The notes under the pieces are model-generated. The model had not been told where the DNA came from. It did not search any database and saw only the letters and a program-made list of their open reading frames with translations. From contig JAVECL010000052.1 in assembly GCA_051942245.1 (NCBI GenBank), forward strand, positions 1-64,000: a stretch of 64,000 nucleotides of DNA, read 5' to 3'. This DNA is from Trypethelium eluteriae. Its lineage: Eukaryota. The position numbers and the translations under genes are program-made. Of this stretch, positions 12,957-26,582 are shown piece by piece (position 1 is the stretch's first letter; each line of letters opens with the position of its first letter).

Positions 12957-14668
12957 ATGGCTACCCATGGTGGCAGAGACAGTGCCAGACCATACACAGC
13001 CATTGGCCCTGCAAATGGCGAGCCGCTTTCCACAACGTCCCAGATTCACCGTCCCAGTGGCATTGAGGATATCAATGCCTGTATCGGCGGGAGTGGAGCA
13101 TCTCAATCGAAGTCTGGAACGAAAAATCGGAAGAAAGAAGAAACCCTAGTTGGGGCACTTTGTGCGTGGATTGTTGAACATCAAATTGGTAGGTCCTATA
13201 GCACACGATTATCTATCACGAGCTTGCTGACCTGCATTCAGGCATTTCTGTCAACCTTCTACTCCTACTTTGCCTTACTCATATGTCCTTTCCTCGCGCC
13301 CGTCGGCACACACGCAAATTCTTCGAGTTATCCTATTACGACAGCACCAAGGGACTCTACACACAAGGGTGGGACGACCTCTGCATGGTCGCTTTTTGGC
13401 TCGTCATCTTCACTGGTCTTCGAGTCGCTGTAATGGACTATGTGCTGATTCCATTTGCGCAAGTGTGGGGTGTTCAGAAAAAGAAGACCCGGGTTCGATT
13501 TGCGGAACAAGCTTGGCTGTTGTGTTACGATACCCCATCTTGGTCCCTGGGAATGGTATGTTGGGGCCGTTATTTGCTTTCGCTGAGGGTGAGAACTTGA
13601 TGCTGACCTTGTTCTCCACAGTATCTGATGTATAATTCGAAGTACTGGTTGAACCTGCATGAGATCTGGACCGATTTTCCGACTCGAGAAATGACATGGG
13701 GCCTTAAAATGTATTATCTGGTCCAATTTGCCTTTTGGCTGCAACAAATTGTTGTCGTCAATATTGAGGAACGCCGAAAAGATTATAGTCAGATGTTCAC
13801 ACATCACATTATCACATGCTTTCTCATCTTTGGCAGCTATGGTTACTATCAAACCAAAGTTGGAAATGTCATCTTGTGCTTGATGGACGTTGTAGATATC
13901 ACACTACCGGTGAGTGGGGAAATTCCCATTGCCCAATCTTACGATGGCAAATACTGATCATTCTACGTCCAGGCCGCTAAATGTCTCAAATATCTCGGTT
14001 TCAATACCGCCTGCGACTTTGCCTTCGGAATCTTCATACTGACCTGGATCATTGCCCGCCACGTTCTCTATCTTACTGTTTGCTGGACAATACATTCTGA
14101 TGTCCCTTCTACCATGCTTTACGGTTGCTACGATTCCGTGTCAGGAGCTAGGATCTCTACAGATGGCGGTAATGAAATCTTGAAACACATCTTGCAGCCT
14201 TTCCGAGACCCAGGTGGTGAAGTGTGCTTCAACCAAAACATTCGATTGAGCTTTCTTGGGCTGTTAATGGCGTTGCAAGGCGTCATGCTGCTGTGGCTTG
14301 TCATGATTCTGAAAGTTGCTTGGAGTGTCATTTCTGGCAACGCTGCTGACGACTCAAGAAGTGACGATGAGGGAGAGACTGTAGAAGATGATTCTCAAGA
14401 TGAAAAGGAGGCACTGACTCAAAACCACGAGCACGCGGTGCAGCGGAGCAATTACCAACTAGCGACTGCTAAACGAAAGGATATCAGGCCTAAGGAGGAA
14501 GAAGTCGGGGTCGAAGGCCTCAGTTTTGCTAAGCGGAGAGTTAGCCCAGTCAGTTCGTATCGGAAGAGCGGTAGCCGGACAAGTGGGATTAGTATTCCCG
14601 GGCACAGCGATCGTAAGGAGTTACTTGGGCGCATCGGGTGTGATAAACCTACCTCGTCGGGAAACTAG
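12957..14668 (+). CDS. lag1: TLC-domain ceramide synthase (Lag1/LagA type)
   Basis: RVRFAEQAW, YYLVQFAFWLQQ and the Lag1p motif EERRKDYSQMFTHHIIT...MDVVD, then DDSRSDDE and a C-terminal RKELLGRIGCDKP. Introns 13189-13241, 13556-13621 and 13910-13972. Confidence 0.9.
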
Positions 14669-17057
14669 GCATCTAGCATTGATGATCAGTAATAAAATGG
14701 GATTTCGGCGCATTCGGGTTGGGAGGCTACATGCTAGTTCCAGCTACTGGTGGTTGGACAGCGTTCTGATGCATTTCGTTTCGTTTAGAAGAGCAAGCAG
14801 ATACCCTTCATCTTCACCTATTGAGGACGCTTTTCAACTCTCTTATCCGAGACTCAAATTGAACGTTTGAATGTCTAGAATATCGAAGCAGAAGGTGGTG
14901 CTATCCTTTCATAGCCTCTGGCGTCGCCATTCCTAAGAGCTTTTGAGGACGTGCCGGGTGCCCTCCAATTGCTCTTGGATTATCAGCGAACGCAAACTTG
15001 CTAGAAATCTATTACAGCAGCTTACTTTTCGGACTGCGTATGACCAAGCATTTGCTTCTGTGTTCCCGACCGTCTGAATCCTAGATTTCCCCGGCTAAAC
15101 ATAAATACAAGGCTTCGTCACTGCGCAAATCGGTAAAGTGTAAAAAACTACGAATTCCCTCTTTTACACTCTTTTTAATGGGATTTTTCAGTTATTATCG
15201 TCGCATTCGTCAGCCATACCCTCAAGTGCCAGATGAGATTCTTGAAGCGTTGAGATTTTCATCGCCCTTACAATTCGATGAAGAAGCAGAATATCTCCAC
15301 CAAGGTGAGTTTAGGGGGCACTAAAACAGGCTCACGCAGCGCATCGATCTCCTGCAGATGCGCATCTATTAACAGGTGACAAAAATCTCCTGAAGTAATT
15401 TCACTGAATATAGTCCGAGGCGACAACGGCTGAAGGACAACGAAGGGCAGCACCGGAAGTAGGAAACGCTAACAATTACCAGATATTGCACTGTACTGTC
15501 ACTTACATCTGAGGCAAAATTGCGATACAATGCTCTTTATCGTTCCTACTTTCTCGTGAAAAATCAAACCTCCCATTACTCGTCAGCAATTTTCATTGGT
15601 CATGGTTACTTCATCGTTTGCTCCATTAAATACACCATTCGACGAAGAATCTGTAGGAATGTCCAAGCGATAGATTGACACATGGTGGGACATGTGCCTT
15701 CTATCTGGAAATGGAAAGTAGGAGAACAAACAACTAGTTCAATCGGATATTGTCGATTCATCGAATTGTAGCTCTCTAACACTCTCGCATTTTCAGATAC
15801 CTTCCGCACAGTGGTCGGCTCTGTCATTACTTTCCAATTCGGCGCACACGGGCCAAAAATCAGCCTCTGGGGTTTTCAGTCTCATGAAGTTGGCTCGCTA
15901 ATGGTGATACCAGCATGTAAGCAAGTCGCACTTTGAGATTCGGCTAGGTAATGAGGGAAGGCCCTTTCTAGAGAGACACTCGGTACATCCGGTGCGGGCC
16001 AATGATCCAAACAATGAAAGCCGCCCCTGCGTTATCGCCGAACAATTCGACAGTGACACTTCACTGCAAGAGTTCCCTCTGAAGCAGAAGCTAATGGGGG
16101 AAAAGCTGACAACGGATCTCCTGGCCCAGATTCTGGCGAACACATCTCAAATGTCCATGTTCAAGTAGATTGTGCTTTGACACGGGTTTTATTGTTGAAG
16201 AACACATTCCTCGACTGGATCGATATGGAGAAAATAGCCAAGGAGCTCCTCGAAGACCTCGCTTGGAAGCTACTGGAGTCGACGACGCCGAATAACGGGG
16301 ACAGTTCATAGGAAACTAGACAGCCTGGTTGCATAGATAAGAGCGCCGGCGGAAATCTGGAACGTCGACCTGAATCTTCACTTACGATTCTGGGATGCTT
16401 GAAAGGGTCTTTCTGAAATACTAGCTCTCTTAGGTCAGCGTCAGTCAGCAGACAGTTTATGAACCGGCATTACCTTGCTGCTGAAACGACTTGAGGCAAC
16501 GGCTCAGCGAGAATCGCTGAGAAGGAACGGAAAGGGATAGGATAAATCTATAAAGTCATCTTACATTGATTGTGGATGGGTAGTGATGTTGAAAACGGTC
16601 ATAAGCTCGCCCTAATCAAGGCTCACCAAGAGCCAGGTTGATGTAGATACTTTCATCCCCCAGCCTATCTAGAATAGAGAGACACTGGAAGGTCACTTCC
16701 TAATGAGAGTGCCCAAAGTATCCAAGACCTGAGGAATACTTCCATAGAGTCCTATTTGAGCTACTAAGAGAACCAAATGTTGAATTGGAAGCCACTTGAC
16801 GAGGCAGCTTGTCCCCCATTTTCTTGTCACCCATAAATCTTCGTTTCTGTCAGATATGTAGTTTGAAATGGCAGTCATTCACAACAGACCACATTTCGAG
16901 AAAAAGGCAATTTTAGTATACGCCCGGATTTTCCTCAGTCTGTACTCGTCAGGAAATGAATGGTGTGGAATACAACATGGCGAACTCAACGAAGCGGCAA
17001 CATCCCATGACGAAAGAAGTCTGGTCCTGGTTCAAATTATAATTGGCTGCAAAATAT

Positions 17058-17647
17058 CTAGCGATATTGAACTTTTTGTCCTCTTTTTTCCATCTTCTGT
17101 TGTCTTTTGCTTCCTGTCTGACTTTGCGCTTGATCGTTCCCATCTGCGCCCGAAAATCCAGCAAGACCTTGACGAGCGCCATTGAAAGTTGTCCATGCGA
17201 GCCAGATGGAATACAGTGGTACAACTATCTACAAGAGGAATCAGCATTCAGTTGCGGGGAACGTGCTGGGATTAGACAGAGATGGACGAGGAAAATACTC
17301 ACATATGCCCACCACCCATAGTCTCCTATCAGTATCACAAAAATAAAGCATAGATATGTCCAGTACAGCACATCCCACATCCACTCGGTCAGTCCTTTCG
17401 CTTCAAGATCTTCGCCACTTCTCTTGAGTTCGCCATTCGGACCGTATGTAGGCCGGCCTATGCGCTCAAACCAGAATTGAATGATGACTGCAGGCGCAGA
17501 CAGAAGGGAGTAGAGCATCAAGGAGCGCTGAAGAAACAGGAGTCGCAGAATCAGGAATATTCCGTGAAAGCCAATGGTTAATAGAAGAGTGCGATTCAAG
17601 ACAGAAACATTGCGAGCAGCGAGAGTTTTGGCCGCTTTTTGCGCCAT
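17058..17647 (-). CDS. TMEM208/SND2 (DUF788) ER membrane protein
   Basis: MAQKAAKTLAARN...GEDLEAKGLTEWMWDVLYWT. Intron 17302-17229. Exon 2 reads IVVPLYSIWLAW...SKRQQKMEKRGQKVQYR*. Confidence 0.85.
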
Positions 17648-18159
17648 CGTAAGAATGGCAATCCTATCCAGCGACAGGCATGAATCTCGAGTGCTGACCA
17701 GATGGACACTTCCAGAGGTCTGTTGTGGTAGAGACTGAAAGCCTGCACAATTATTGCATATTCTGGTGGTTGCCCTCTGATGTCCCTGCACGGTCATCAC
17801 AACAACAACCCTCCGCCGCCACCTTCACGACCTAAACAACACCATTCGTCCCGAGAACGACAACCCTGGTCCGCTTGAACTTTTGCAAGTGTCTCTCTTG
17901 GCGTCATTTGTTAAGACTGAGCCAATACTTGAACCGAATTCCCAACATCGGGCTCCTCATAAAACCGCGTCGTCTTTTCGCCTCCGAACCTCTCACCCTC
18001 TCACGCTCTTAAGACGACGCTTCACACCCTGGGCCGCCTGAACCCCTCGAACGACTTTGCCCAGCGCCAGCGCTCATGGGGTTCACCACAAAAGTGGTCG
18101 CGTGCCTCAGATGAGACAACCTGCCGCCTCCGCCCTGTTCCCTATTATCTTTAGCTACC

Positions 18160-20743
18160 ATGTCCCGCTCAGGTCCGCACATAGCTTCACAGCTACGATC
18201 GCTGATATATTATCACCTCGACAATGACTGCCTCGAGAATGCGCTCTTCATGGCGGAGCGACTCCAAGCTCTGGAGCCTCGAAGCCCGGATGCTGCCCAC
18301 CTCCTCTCACTTTGCAATCTTCGCTTACGACGGTATAAGGCGGCTCATGACCACAGTCTGAAGCATGGAAATTCTGGAAAACACATGGGATGTGCGTATG
18401 TTTTCGCTCAGGCTTGCCTTGTCCTTAAATTATATGCAGAAGGAATCATTGCATTACAGAAAGCGAAACACTTGCGCGGTAGCGAGAGTAATTGGAGCAA
18501 GCATTCTGAAAGCGCAAGAAGACACCTGCCAGATGCAGCTGCAGTATTTTGTTTGACAGGGAAACTCTATCGTGGTCGGAGGGAAATGGATAGGGCTACA
18601 GATTGCTTCGTCGAGGCCTTGAAGCTGAACCCTTTCATGTGGGATGCCTTCACAGCGCTATGCGACATGGGAGTCAGCGTCCAGCCTGCGAACGTCTTTA
18701 AGTTGCCGCCGGAAGTGTTGTCAGTTCTGGCTATGCAGCAACAAGACGAAGCACGACAGGAAGATGCTCCGTCGCAGTCAGGCCCTCTAGCTAATCAATC
18801 CAGTAACGCACATAATCAGATCCTTACACCGAGTGGTGATCCATTCAACCCTGCCATCCGAACAACTGGAGATCCGGGACTCAAGCTTGGCGGGAACAGC
18901 CTATTGTCGCGACTGAATGGTACAAAGATTCCTGCAGAATCCGTCGAGCACCGACATCCGCGCCAAGAAATGAACGAAACTCCAACGGCGAACAGCCGCG
19001 ATGACAATGATGTGATGATGGGTGACATTGATTACGATCGATTACGAGAACCTCCCGATGCACCACCAAGGAAACCTCGGAGCTTATACGACCAGCGAGC
19101 GGATGCTAGCCAAGATACCGGCCCTAAGCGCGCACCAAGTGGTCGTAGTCGAGTCCAAAATGAATCAGAGAGCAGCCACATGGTCCAAGCAATGGACTCG
19201 TCCAAGATGCTGAAGATACCCACTAATCATCATAAGAGAACGGTTTCAGGTCATTCCGCACACTCAAGCTCTTCTGCCGCAGCCGATCACTCTACTGCAC
19301 CCCAAACGAGACGAAGCGCCCGCATCTTCCACATGAGACCGGGTAGTAGCAAAACGACTTCTAATGAGAGTCTGCTCTCGAAGGATGGCCGAGAACTCAA
19401 GAAAGCTAGGGCGATGGGCACGAAAGGCAAAACGGCTTCATCAACTGTTGGGCGGGTTGTCAGCGGAAATCGCAAACCGATGGACAGATCAGATCCGAAT
19501 GGCAAAGATTCTCGTGCCCTTCTGAGTCAGCCAACCGTCCATCTACCGCAAGGCCCTTCCGTAAAGCCTCCACCTCTCGAAGTTCCACCAGCGCAAGAAG
19601 CCTTACACTGGCTACTCGATCTATTTCTCAAGCTTGCAAATGGGTACCTCTCTCTTAGTCGCTATGAGTGCCATACCGCCCTCGAGCACTTCAACAGCAT
19701 AAGTCAGCCACAACGAGAAACGCCATGGGTACTGGCACAAATTGGTCGTGCGCTCTACGAACCATCCTCTTATCGTGAAGCTGCTGAAGTTTTCGCCCGA
19801 CTCAGAAAACTCGCTCCTTCGCGCATTCAAGACATGGAGGTCTACACGACAATCCTTTGGCACCTGAAATCCAATGTGGAACTCGCATGGCTTGCACGGG
19901 AACTGCTCGCTATAGACTCTCATTCGCCGCAGGCTTGGTGTGCTGTGGGAAATGCATGGTCGTTGGAGCGCGAGCACGAGCAAGCCATTAAATGTTTCAA
20001 ACGGGCAGCTCAATTGGATCCTAGCTTTGCCTACGCATATACCCTTGAGGGACATGAGCACGTAGAAACTGAAGAATTTGAAAGAGCGACGGAATGCTAC
20101 CGGACAGCGCTCGAGCGTGACATGAGGATATACGGCGCATGGTATGGACTGGGTAGGGTGAATGAAAAGATGGGCAAGTACGGGGATGCGGAGAAGTACT
20201 ATGCTATGGCATCAAAGATCAACGGGGCCAACGCATTGCTGGTCGTTTCTGTCGGTGTTGTAAGTAGCGTTCTCAGTCTGTTGCAGCGACTGCAATTCAC
20301 TAATCTTGTCAACCTAGGTACTCGAGAAACAGCGCAAGCTTCCACAAGCACTCATCCAGTATGGCCGAGCCACGACTCTGGATCCACGTTCGGCACAAGC
20401 ACGATTCAAGAAAGCTCGTGCTCTCCTTCATCTCCGTCGACCTCGCGACGCACTCTTCGAACTTCAAGCTCTCAAGGACATGGCACCTGACGAGGCAAAT
20501 GTGCATTTCTTACTTGGAAAGCTTTACAAAGTCACGCGGGATCGGACAAATGCTATCAGACATTTTACCATGGCCATGAACTTAGATCCAAAGGTATGTT
20601 CATATTTTCGATGGTATGAATAAAGTCAATGCTAACGGTTTTGGTAGGCAACACCGTACATCAAGGAAGCAATGGAGAGTCTCGAAGACGAGGATTACGA
20701 CGATGATGACGTGCCTGATGAAGCAGCGGAGGAAGGTTATTGA
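18160..20743 (+). CDS. cdc27: Anaphase-promoting complex TPR subunit Cdc27/Apc3 (BimA/Nuc2)
   Basis: QLRSLIYYHLDND..NALFMAERL, ALKLNPFMWDAF, a low-complexity linker, then a TPR array (SPQAWCAVGNAWSLEREHEQAIKCFKRA, FAYAYTLEGHE). Introns 20260-20317 and 20594-20647; acidic tail; TGA ends at 20743. Confidence 0.93.
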
Positions 20744-21345
20744 GAGCTACAGGGGCCCTTCCCGCAGCCTCTAATGTAGAAATAATTGGGTGAGCGTTGG
20801 ATCGTCAGTCGTTTGGATCTGGTCTCACGTCACCGGCATCATGAAGGATGGGACATGGGAGCATTCATTGAGCGTGCATTTCTAGTGGATATAGCATGGG
20901 GTTTGGCGTTCAACAGGAACGTCTAATGCTATTTTCGGATGGTATTCCGAAGTTGATTTAGAACAGTCAGAAGACCAAGCAAACCCAGAGAGATTTCACC
21001 CGAATGGCGTGAGTGATCAAATGACGGCTTTTGCAGAGCGCGTGGGGCATCCTTCCTACCCCACAAATTTTTCCATCCAAAACCAACGCGCCACAACATA
21101 AAAAGTTCACCGCCAAGCACCAACCCAAACGCCCCATCCTTGGTCAGTAGACATTGGCTGTCCCTTCAACAAGCATTGAGACTTGGCCGCCAGCATGCTC
21201 CGTTGAGCGAATACCCACCTTCACGATCGAAACACTCTGTGCAAGGTTCCCAGACCCTCCACCTCTAGAGAGACCTCGCCCTGCTCACTTTACACCGCCA
21301 TCGCCTTACCATTCCACTCTCCCCAGCAGGACTTGCACACGCACG

Positions 21346-22516
21346 ATGGATTTTACCAGCCTGGCCCTGGTCGCGTCGGCGGCATACTTCCTCGTCGTGG
21401 TTGCCTTGTACGCTCTGTCGGCACAATCACCCATTTGCGGTTTCTATGCCCGATCCCTCGCGTCGTGGGCTGCGTTGTTAATATGTGCCTGCTACGGTGT
21501 CATTTCGAGTGTTGCGCTAAGAATATCGGGATACGGCGGGTTGAGTCAGTGGACAACAGCACGAGCATTCAAGTGGACAATGAGGCTCTTCACTGGGGTG
21601 GAGTTTGTCATACAGGTGGGTTGAAGATTTTGGATCAGGACGAAACGGCTGGCCAGAGTGCTGACTTGGGGGATTTTCAGGGCGAGGAGCATTTGAAGAC
21701 GAGACCAGCTGTGTTCATCGGGAACCACCAGACGTGAGTAAGTTCCCGTCACGGCTGAGGACTTGAACAAAAACCTGATCGCGATTTATACCAGTGAGCT
21801 TGACGTGCTTATGCTTGGAGCAATATTTCCGCCCTACTGTAGCGTCACGGCAAAGCAAAGCTTGAAATGGGTCCCGTTTCTCGGCTGGTTCAGTACGCAA
21901 TACCATCCTCTTCACCGAAGGACTTTCTAATATATGACATGCAGTGGCCCTCTCCAAAACTGTCTTCATCGATCGTAGCAACCGCAACAATGCTATGGCT
22001 GCCTTCGAAACGGCCGCGCAGCACATGCGTTCTGAACGACAGAGTGTGTACATATTTCCTGAAGGAACACGGAGTTACACTGCGAAGCCAGAGATGCTGC
22101 CCTTCAAAAAGGGAGCATTTCATCTTGCTGTGAAGGCGCAGGTTCCAATCGTGCCGATTGTGGTGGCGAACTACTCTAATCTGCTGCATCTACAGAGCAG
22201 AAGATTCACCTCGGGGAAAATACCTGTTAAAGGTAGATGAAGGCTTTTACGATTTACTAACGAATCGATGCTAACATTTAGCGTAGTGCTTCCGCCAATC
22301 GACACCAAAGACCTCTCGGCAGCTGACGTTGACGACCTGGTACATCGGACACGAGAGCAGATGATGAGAGAACTCGTCGCTGTTACTGAGCTCGCTCGAA
22401 GCCAGCGAGTGGCCTTATCTTCAAAAGAAGCGTCTGAAGCCAACGGTGTCGCAAGCGGCGCAGATCATCGTCAACGTGCTGAACATAGAACAACTCAAGC
22501 AGTCGCTGCGACATGA
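21346..22516 (+). CDS. slc1: 1-acyl-sn-glycerol-3-phosphate acyltransferase (Slc1/PlsC)
   Basis: Acyltransferase motifs FIGNHQT|ELD (HxxxxD split by an intron), VFIDR, IFPEGTRS and LPFKKGAFHLA. About four short introns. Confidence 0.9.
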
Positions 22517-23277
22517 TCCTTGCAAAATGCAAAGCATTCCGACGGCAGCTCAGCATGTCTTGTAAAATGTTTGTAAAGTGTTTACGCGAGTTGATACCAG
22601 GAACAAAGATTAAGCATCATTTTTTTCTCATTCGCATAGATTGCTCTAGAAGAGCAGTCCCCCGCGTAAAATCCATAGATTGGGTCGGCGCCTCGTCCTG
22701 GTCATCTTTGATTGCCGATCAAGCGGTGTCTGCCCTGCTTTTTCAATTTTGTTCGATCGACTTGAAACCGATTCATGCTTTCCAAGTCAGTCCATACTTT
22801 GATTGATGGTTTCTCTAAATACACTAATCGATGTTAGATTGAAGCTACATTTACCCGACTATGGGGTTGAAATGTAGTTTTCCAGATCACGTTGAAGCTC
22901 TCTAGATGGCCGCCACCGACCACTCAACTCCAACAAACTTTGGAACATGTTCAGAAGATATTCTACAGAACGTCTTCAAAGAGCTAGGAATAGGCGAGCG
23001 AGTCTTCAAATGAAAGTTAATACTGGGATTAGCACTGGTTAGGGGAGAATCGTAGCGGAATCATCTATTATGAACTATGGTGTCAACTCTTCGGCAATAC
23101 GACATGATGTAGACTCGATTGTACGAGTTCGAGTGAGCTCTAACCGTGGTCGGATCAATTTTAGACTTTGGATCCTGATCGACGTGTGGTCTAAGTTTCA
23201 GACGCTTTGCTTCTAAAAATTTTTCCGTCTTCCAGTCTGCATCAACTCGCAACCAGTCATCTCATCCAGCTTCCAAC

Positions 23278-24460
23278 ATGGGTTCATCCTTCTATTTCAC
23301 ACCATCGTTGGCGGCATACCACTTGGTCCTCACCCTCCACCCTCAGTGGCCTTGGCCGTGTACAATTCAGGAATCGGCCTTTGAACTGGCGGTTAGGGAA
23401 AAAGCCAACGAAGGAAGGGAAGCCATTTTCCAGAAACGGAGGGCAGATATTCGTGACGATGACGAAAATAGTCATAGGAACAAGCATCAAAGGCTTGTTT
23501 CTTTGGATAGGCAACAGGAATCGTCGCTGGGTATCAGTGGCTTTAACAACGAGGAAGAGCGAGACCTCTCTGACCATCACGGCGCTGTCCGTGGTGCATC
23601 GAGTGTCGATGAGCTCGAATACTTCGGTTCACCAAGGGTGAGGCCAGAGGAGAGGAAGCTTACACAGGGAAGCAGAAGCTGCTAGAACCCTTTGTTCTTT
23701 GCCAAATACTGTGCGAAACATGCAGTTGCTGCTACATCTTCCTTACCGAAGAGTGTGGAGAGGGTGTTGAATCGATTCGAGCAATTCTTGCATTTACAGC
23801 CTTTCCGGCAGCCGAGACCAACGTTTACGCATGCACAGCGTCCACTGATACACCTGGTTTTGCATTTGCATTGTACGTTCTGAAAGTCGCGGGAGTATGT
23901 GACATCTATCTATGGAACTCGTCTTGTTATTTCGCCAGACTCTGATGAAGAAGAAAAATGCCCCCAGAGACCTAACCTCTTACGAAACCTTGGAGAAGCT
24001 CAGATGCATGCTTATGGGCGTGAAAGAAGGCACTTCTCATGCTGATTCGCATCCAGACCCTAAAAAGATTTGTGAACATGGGGAGTACATGGACATTGAG
24101 CTTGCGGAATGGGCCGAAACGTGGGGGCGAGTCAAATATTCCGATGACGTGGAAGAGCGGAAAACACACCTCAGGAAGTTACTTTGTTATGGCTTAGGCG
24201 ACGACTCCAGCAAAGATTATCGAGGGCAAATGAATTGGTTCTCATTCTGTCGCGGTCAATGGGTTGGAGCGTACTTTTCATGGCATTGTCGAACGTGTGG
24301 GGAATGCAATAACTGGGAAGGATGGCATTGTGGAGACTGCAACCAATGCACGCATTGTGACGACATTCCGTGTGAAGGATGTGGTGGCGTGAGTTTCGCA
24401 TGGTGCAGGATGCCAAAACTGGGAGATATCTTGCGTCCCCGACCTCGTATCAAGCCATAA
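23278..24460 (+). CDS. Uncharacterised protein with a Cys/His-rich C-terminal putative zinc-binding region; 5' exon structure uncertain, possibly degenerate
   Basis: ORF 23912-24460 ends in FSFC...WHCRTCGECNNWEGWHCGDCNQCTHCDDIPCEGCGG. The upstream ORF 23278-23685 joins only through ambiguous short introns. Confidence 0.45.
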
Positions 24461-24713
24461 AACCAGATCCGCAAGATGTGCTAGGACCAAGTAATGCGTT
24501 ATCTCTTGTGAATCCGACAAATACGAGTCGATTCTGGCAACTCGCAAGTCGCTCTCAGTTGTTCTTCTGCACCATTCAGTGAATTCTCTGACGTTCAATG
24601 GAGATCCTTAAAAGACATGGTTCGGGGATTCCTTGACAGAAGTCGCAACTTAACGATTCTGTCATCAACTCAGCCGAGCCCTTCTAAACTTTAATATGTC
24701 AGCACCTGTGAGA

Positions 24714-25729
24714 CTAGTACGCGTACAAGCCGCCGTCAACACCGATGACTTTGTTATTCACGTATCCTGTTTTCACCATCCAGAGCACAGTTTCCGCGAT
24801 TTCATCCGGAGTACCGAGACGCCCAACCGGGATGCCTATGTAATAGCTCGTAAGCCAAAGAATTTAGGAAATATGGACGGACCACCTACGCTTGGCCATC
24901 TCGTCGGAGCCTTTGGGTAACATGATAGTGTCTTGGATGAGTGCGGGGGCCACCGCATTGACCGTGATGCCCCTGGATCCATAGGTATTTGCCAGCCAGT
25001 GGACAAGCCCGTGTAGAGCAGACTTCGATGATCTGAAATTGTCACATCATAAGCACAGCTCTTCACCATGCATACATAGGTTGTCAATGAACGGTGTTGA
25101 GAAACGGTTGTGATGACTTACGCATAGTGTGGTCCTACAACACCACCAGTGAAACCTGCAATGCTCGAATCAAAGATGATCCTTCCCCATCCCCTCTTCT
25201 CCATTGGTGGAAGGCAGAGCTGTGTTAGCAGGTAGGTACTTCCCGTATTGATTCTCCAAGTATTCTCAAATTCTTCAATGCTAACATCCTCAATCGCTTT
25301 AGTGCCACTAGGTCGCGCAATGCCAGCATTATTGAACAAAATGCTCGGTTCTCCCAACGTATTGACAACGCGTTCATGGAGAGAGCGTACCTGCAATCCC
25401 AGTAGTACATTATATTAGTGCCTTTGCACGGTAGTTATATGGTTCATCAGCGAGCCCGCACCTCGTCATATTTTGACAGGTCAGCTTGAAAAGCCTCAGC
25501 TTTTACGCCTTTGGCTTGTAAGTCGGTAACAAGGCTTTTAACCCCATCCGCGGCAGAGTTGTAGTGAACGGCGATAGAACAACCATGGTCTGCGAGAGCC
25601 TGACAAGTCGCCTTTCCAATGCCCCCTGTGAGTGACATCAGCCATCATTGAAATATCACTCTCGAGACAAGCATCACCGGTAGCGCCAGTAATCAGCGCA
25701 AGATGCGAAGAAAGATCTTTGACGATCAT
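24714..25729 (-). CDS. Classical short-chain dehydrogenase/reductase (FabG-like)
   Basis: TGATGGIG (TGxxxGxG across intron 1), NNAGI, catalytic YASSK (across intron 3), ITVNAVAP, IPVGRLGTPDEIA and C-terminal VDGGLYAY*. Four introns. Confidence 0.88.
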
Positions 25730-25982
25730 AGTAAGGTTTTGGTTGGTTGATCAAATTCTAGACCAAGATCTTTTCCTCACGAAAATACAACGATAACAGT
25801 CCGCCGGCTAATACCATTATTCCAAACAGTCTACAATATTAGGTAAGATTACTACATGTGGGTATGGATTTTTCGAACACCGACTCCAATGTACTTGGTA
25901 TGCATTAGGTAGGTACCTTATCCATGGCATCATTGCGTAACGCAGATACATAGTTACCCCTCCATTCCCTAAGGAAGGAATC

Positions 25983-26024
25983 ACCCGTGCGGCGATACCC
26001 GTATGGCGGTACCCGTGCGGCGAT
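25983..26024. repeat. Three tandem 14-bp units in the SDR/permease divergent promoter
   Basis: ACCCGTGCGGCGAT / ACCCGTATGGCGGT / ACCCGTGCGGCGAT. Confidence 0.8.
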
Positions 26025-26582
26025 TGGCGCATTCAGAAGTTGCGGACACCAAACCAGATGGATAAGGTACGCTACCTCTCGGGCAGATCATTGTGACCGG
26101 TCAGTCTGGTCTAACTTTCCACCACAATATAGGCATTGTACTCGTGGATGAACGGTACTCGACCATCAGCAGATATTTCAATTCTTGATAAGACACGTCC
26201 GAAATGTTGCGACGCACCAACGGCTTAGTGATCCAGACTCTCGAAACACGAGATCTCCTCTTTCTTCCTTTGATATGATTGGAGAGTCTTGAGCTCAGAT
26301 ATGCCGGCGCTGCAACCGCGGCATGGCGCAAAAGTAAATTATGGACAAGGACAAGATAAGCTACTTGTCGAAAAAGGCGGGCGCGAAGCTCGCAATCGGC
26401 CCGCACAAACATCGACGCGTTGCATTCACTTTGTAGAGTAAAACACGAACCCCATCCTCGAGATGAATTGACTGTTCCTTACTCTCACTTCCATTGGCTT
26501 CACTTATGCCAATCAATGCATAGAGGTTTCCCGGTTCTGACTCATTATCTTCAAAGACAAAGTGAAACGCATCGCTCCCTAG

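Noticed and set aside
2495..14668. HET + Bax inhibitor + ceramide synthase as a programmed-cell-death cluster
   Set aside because: They are interspersed with unrelated housekeeping genes and no shared regulatory motif was seen; proximity alone is insufficient.
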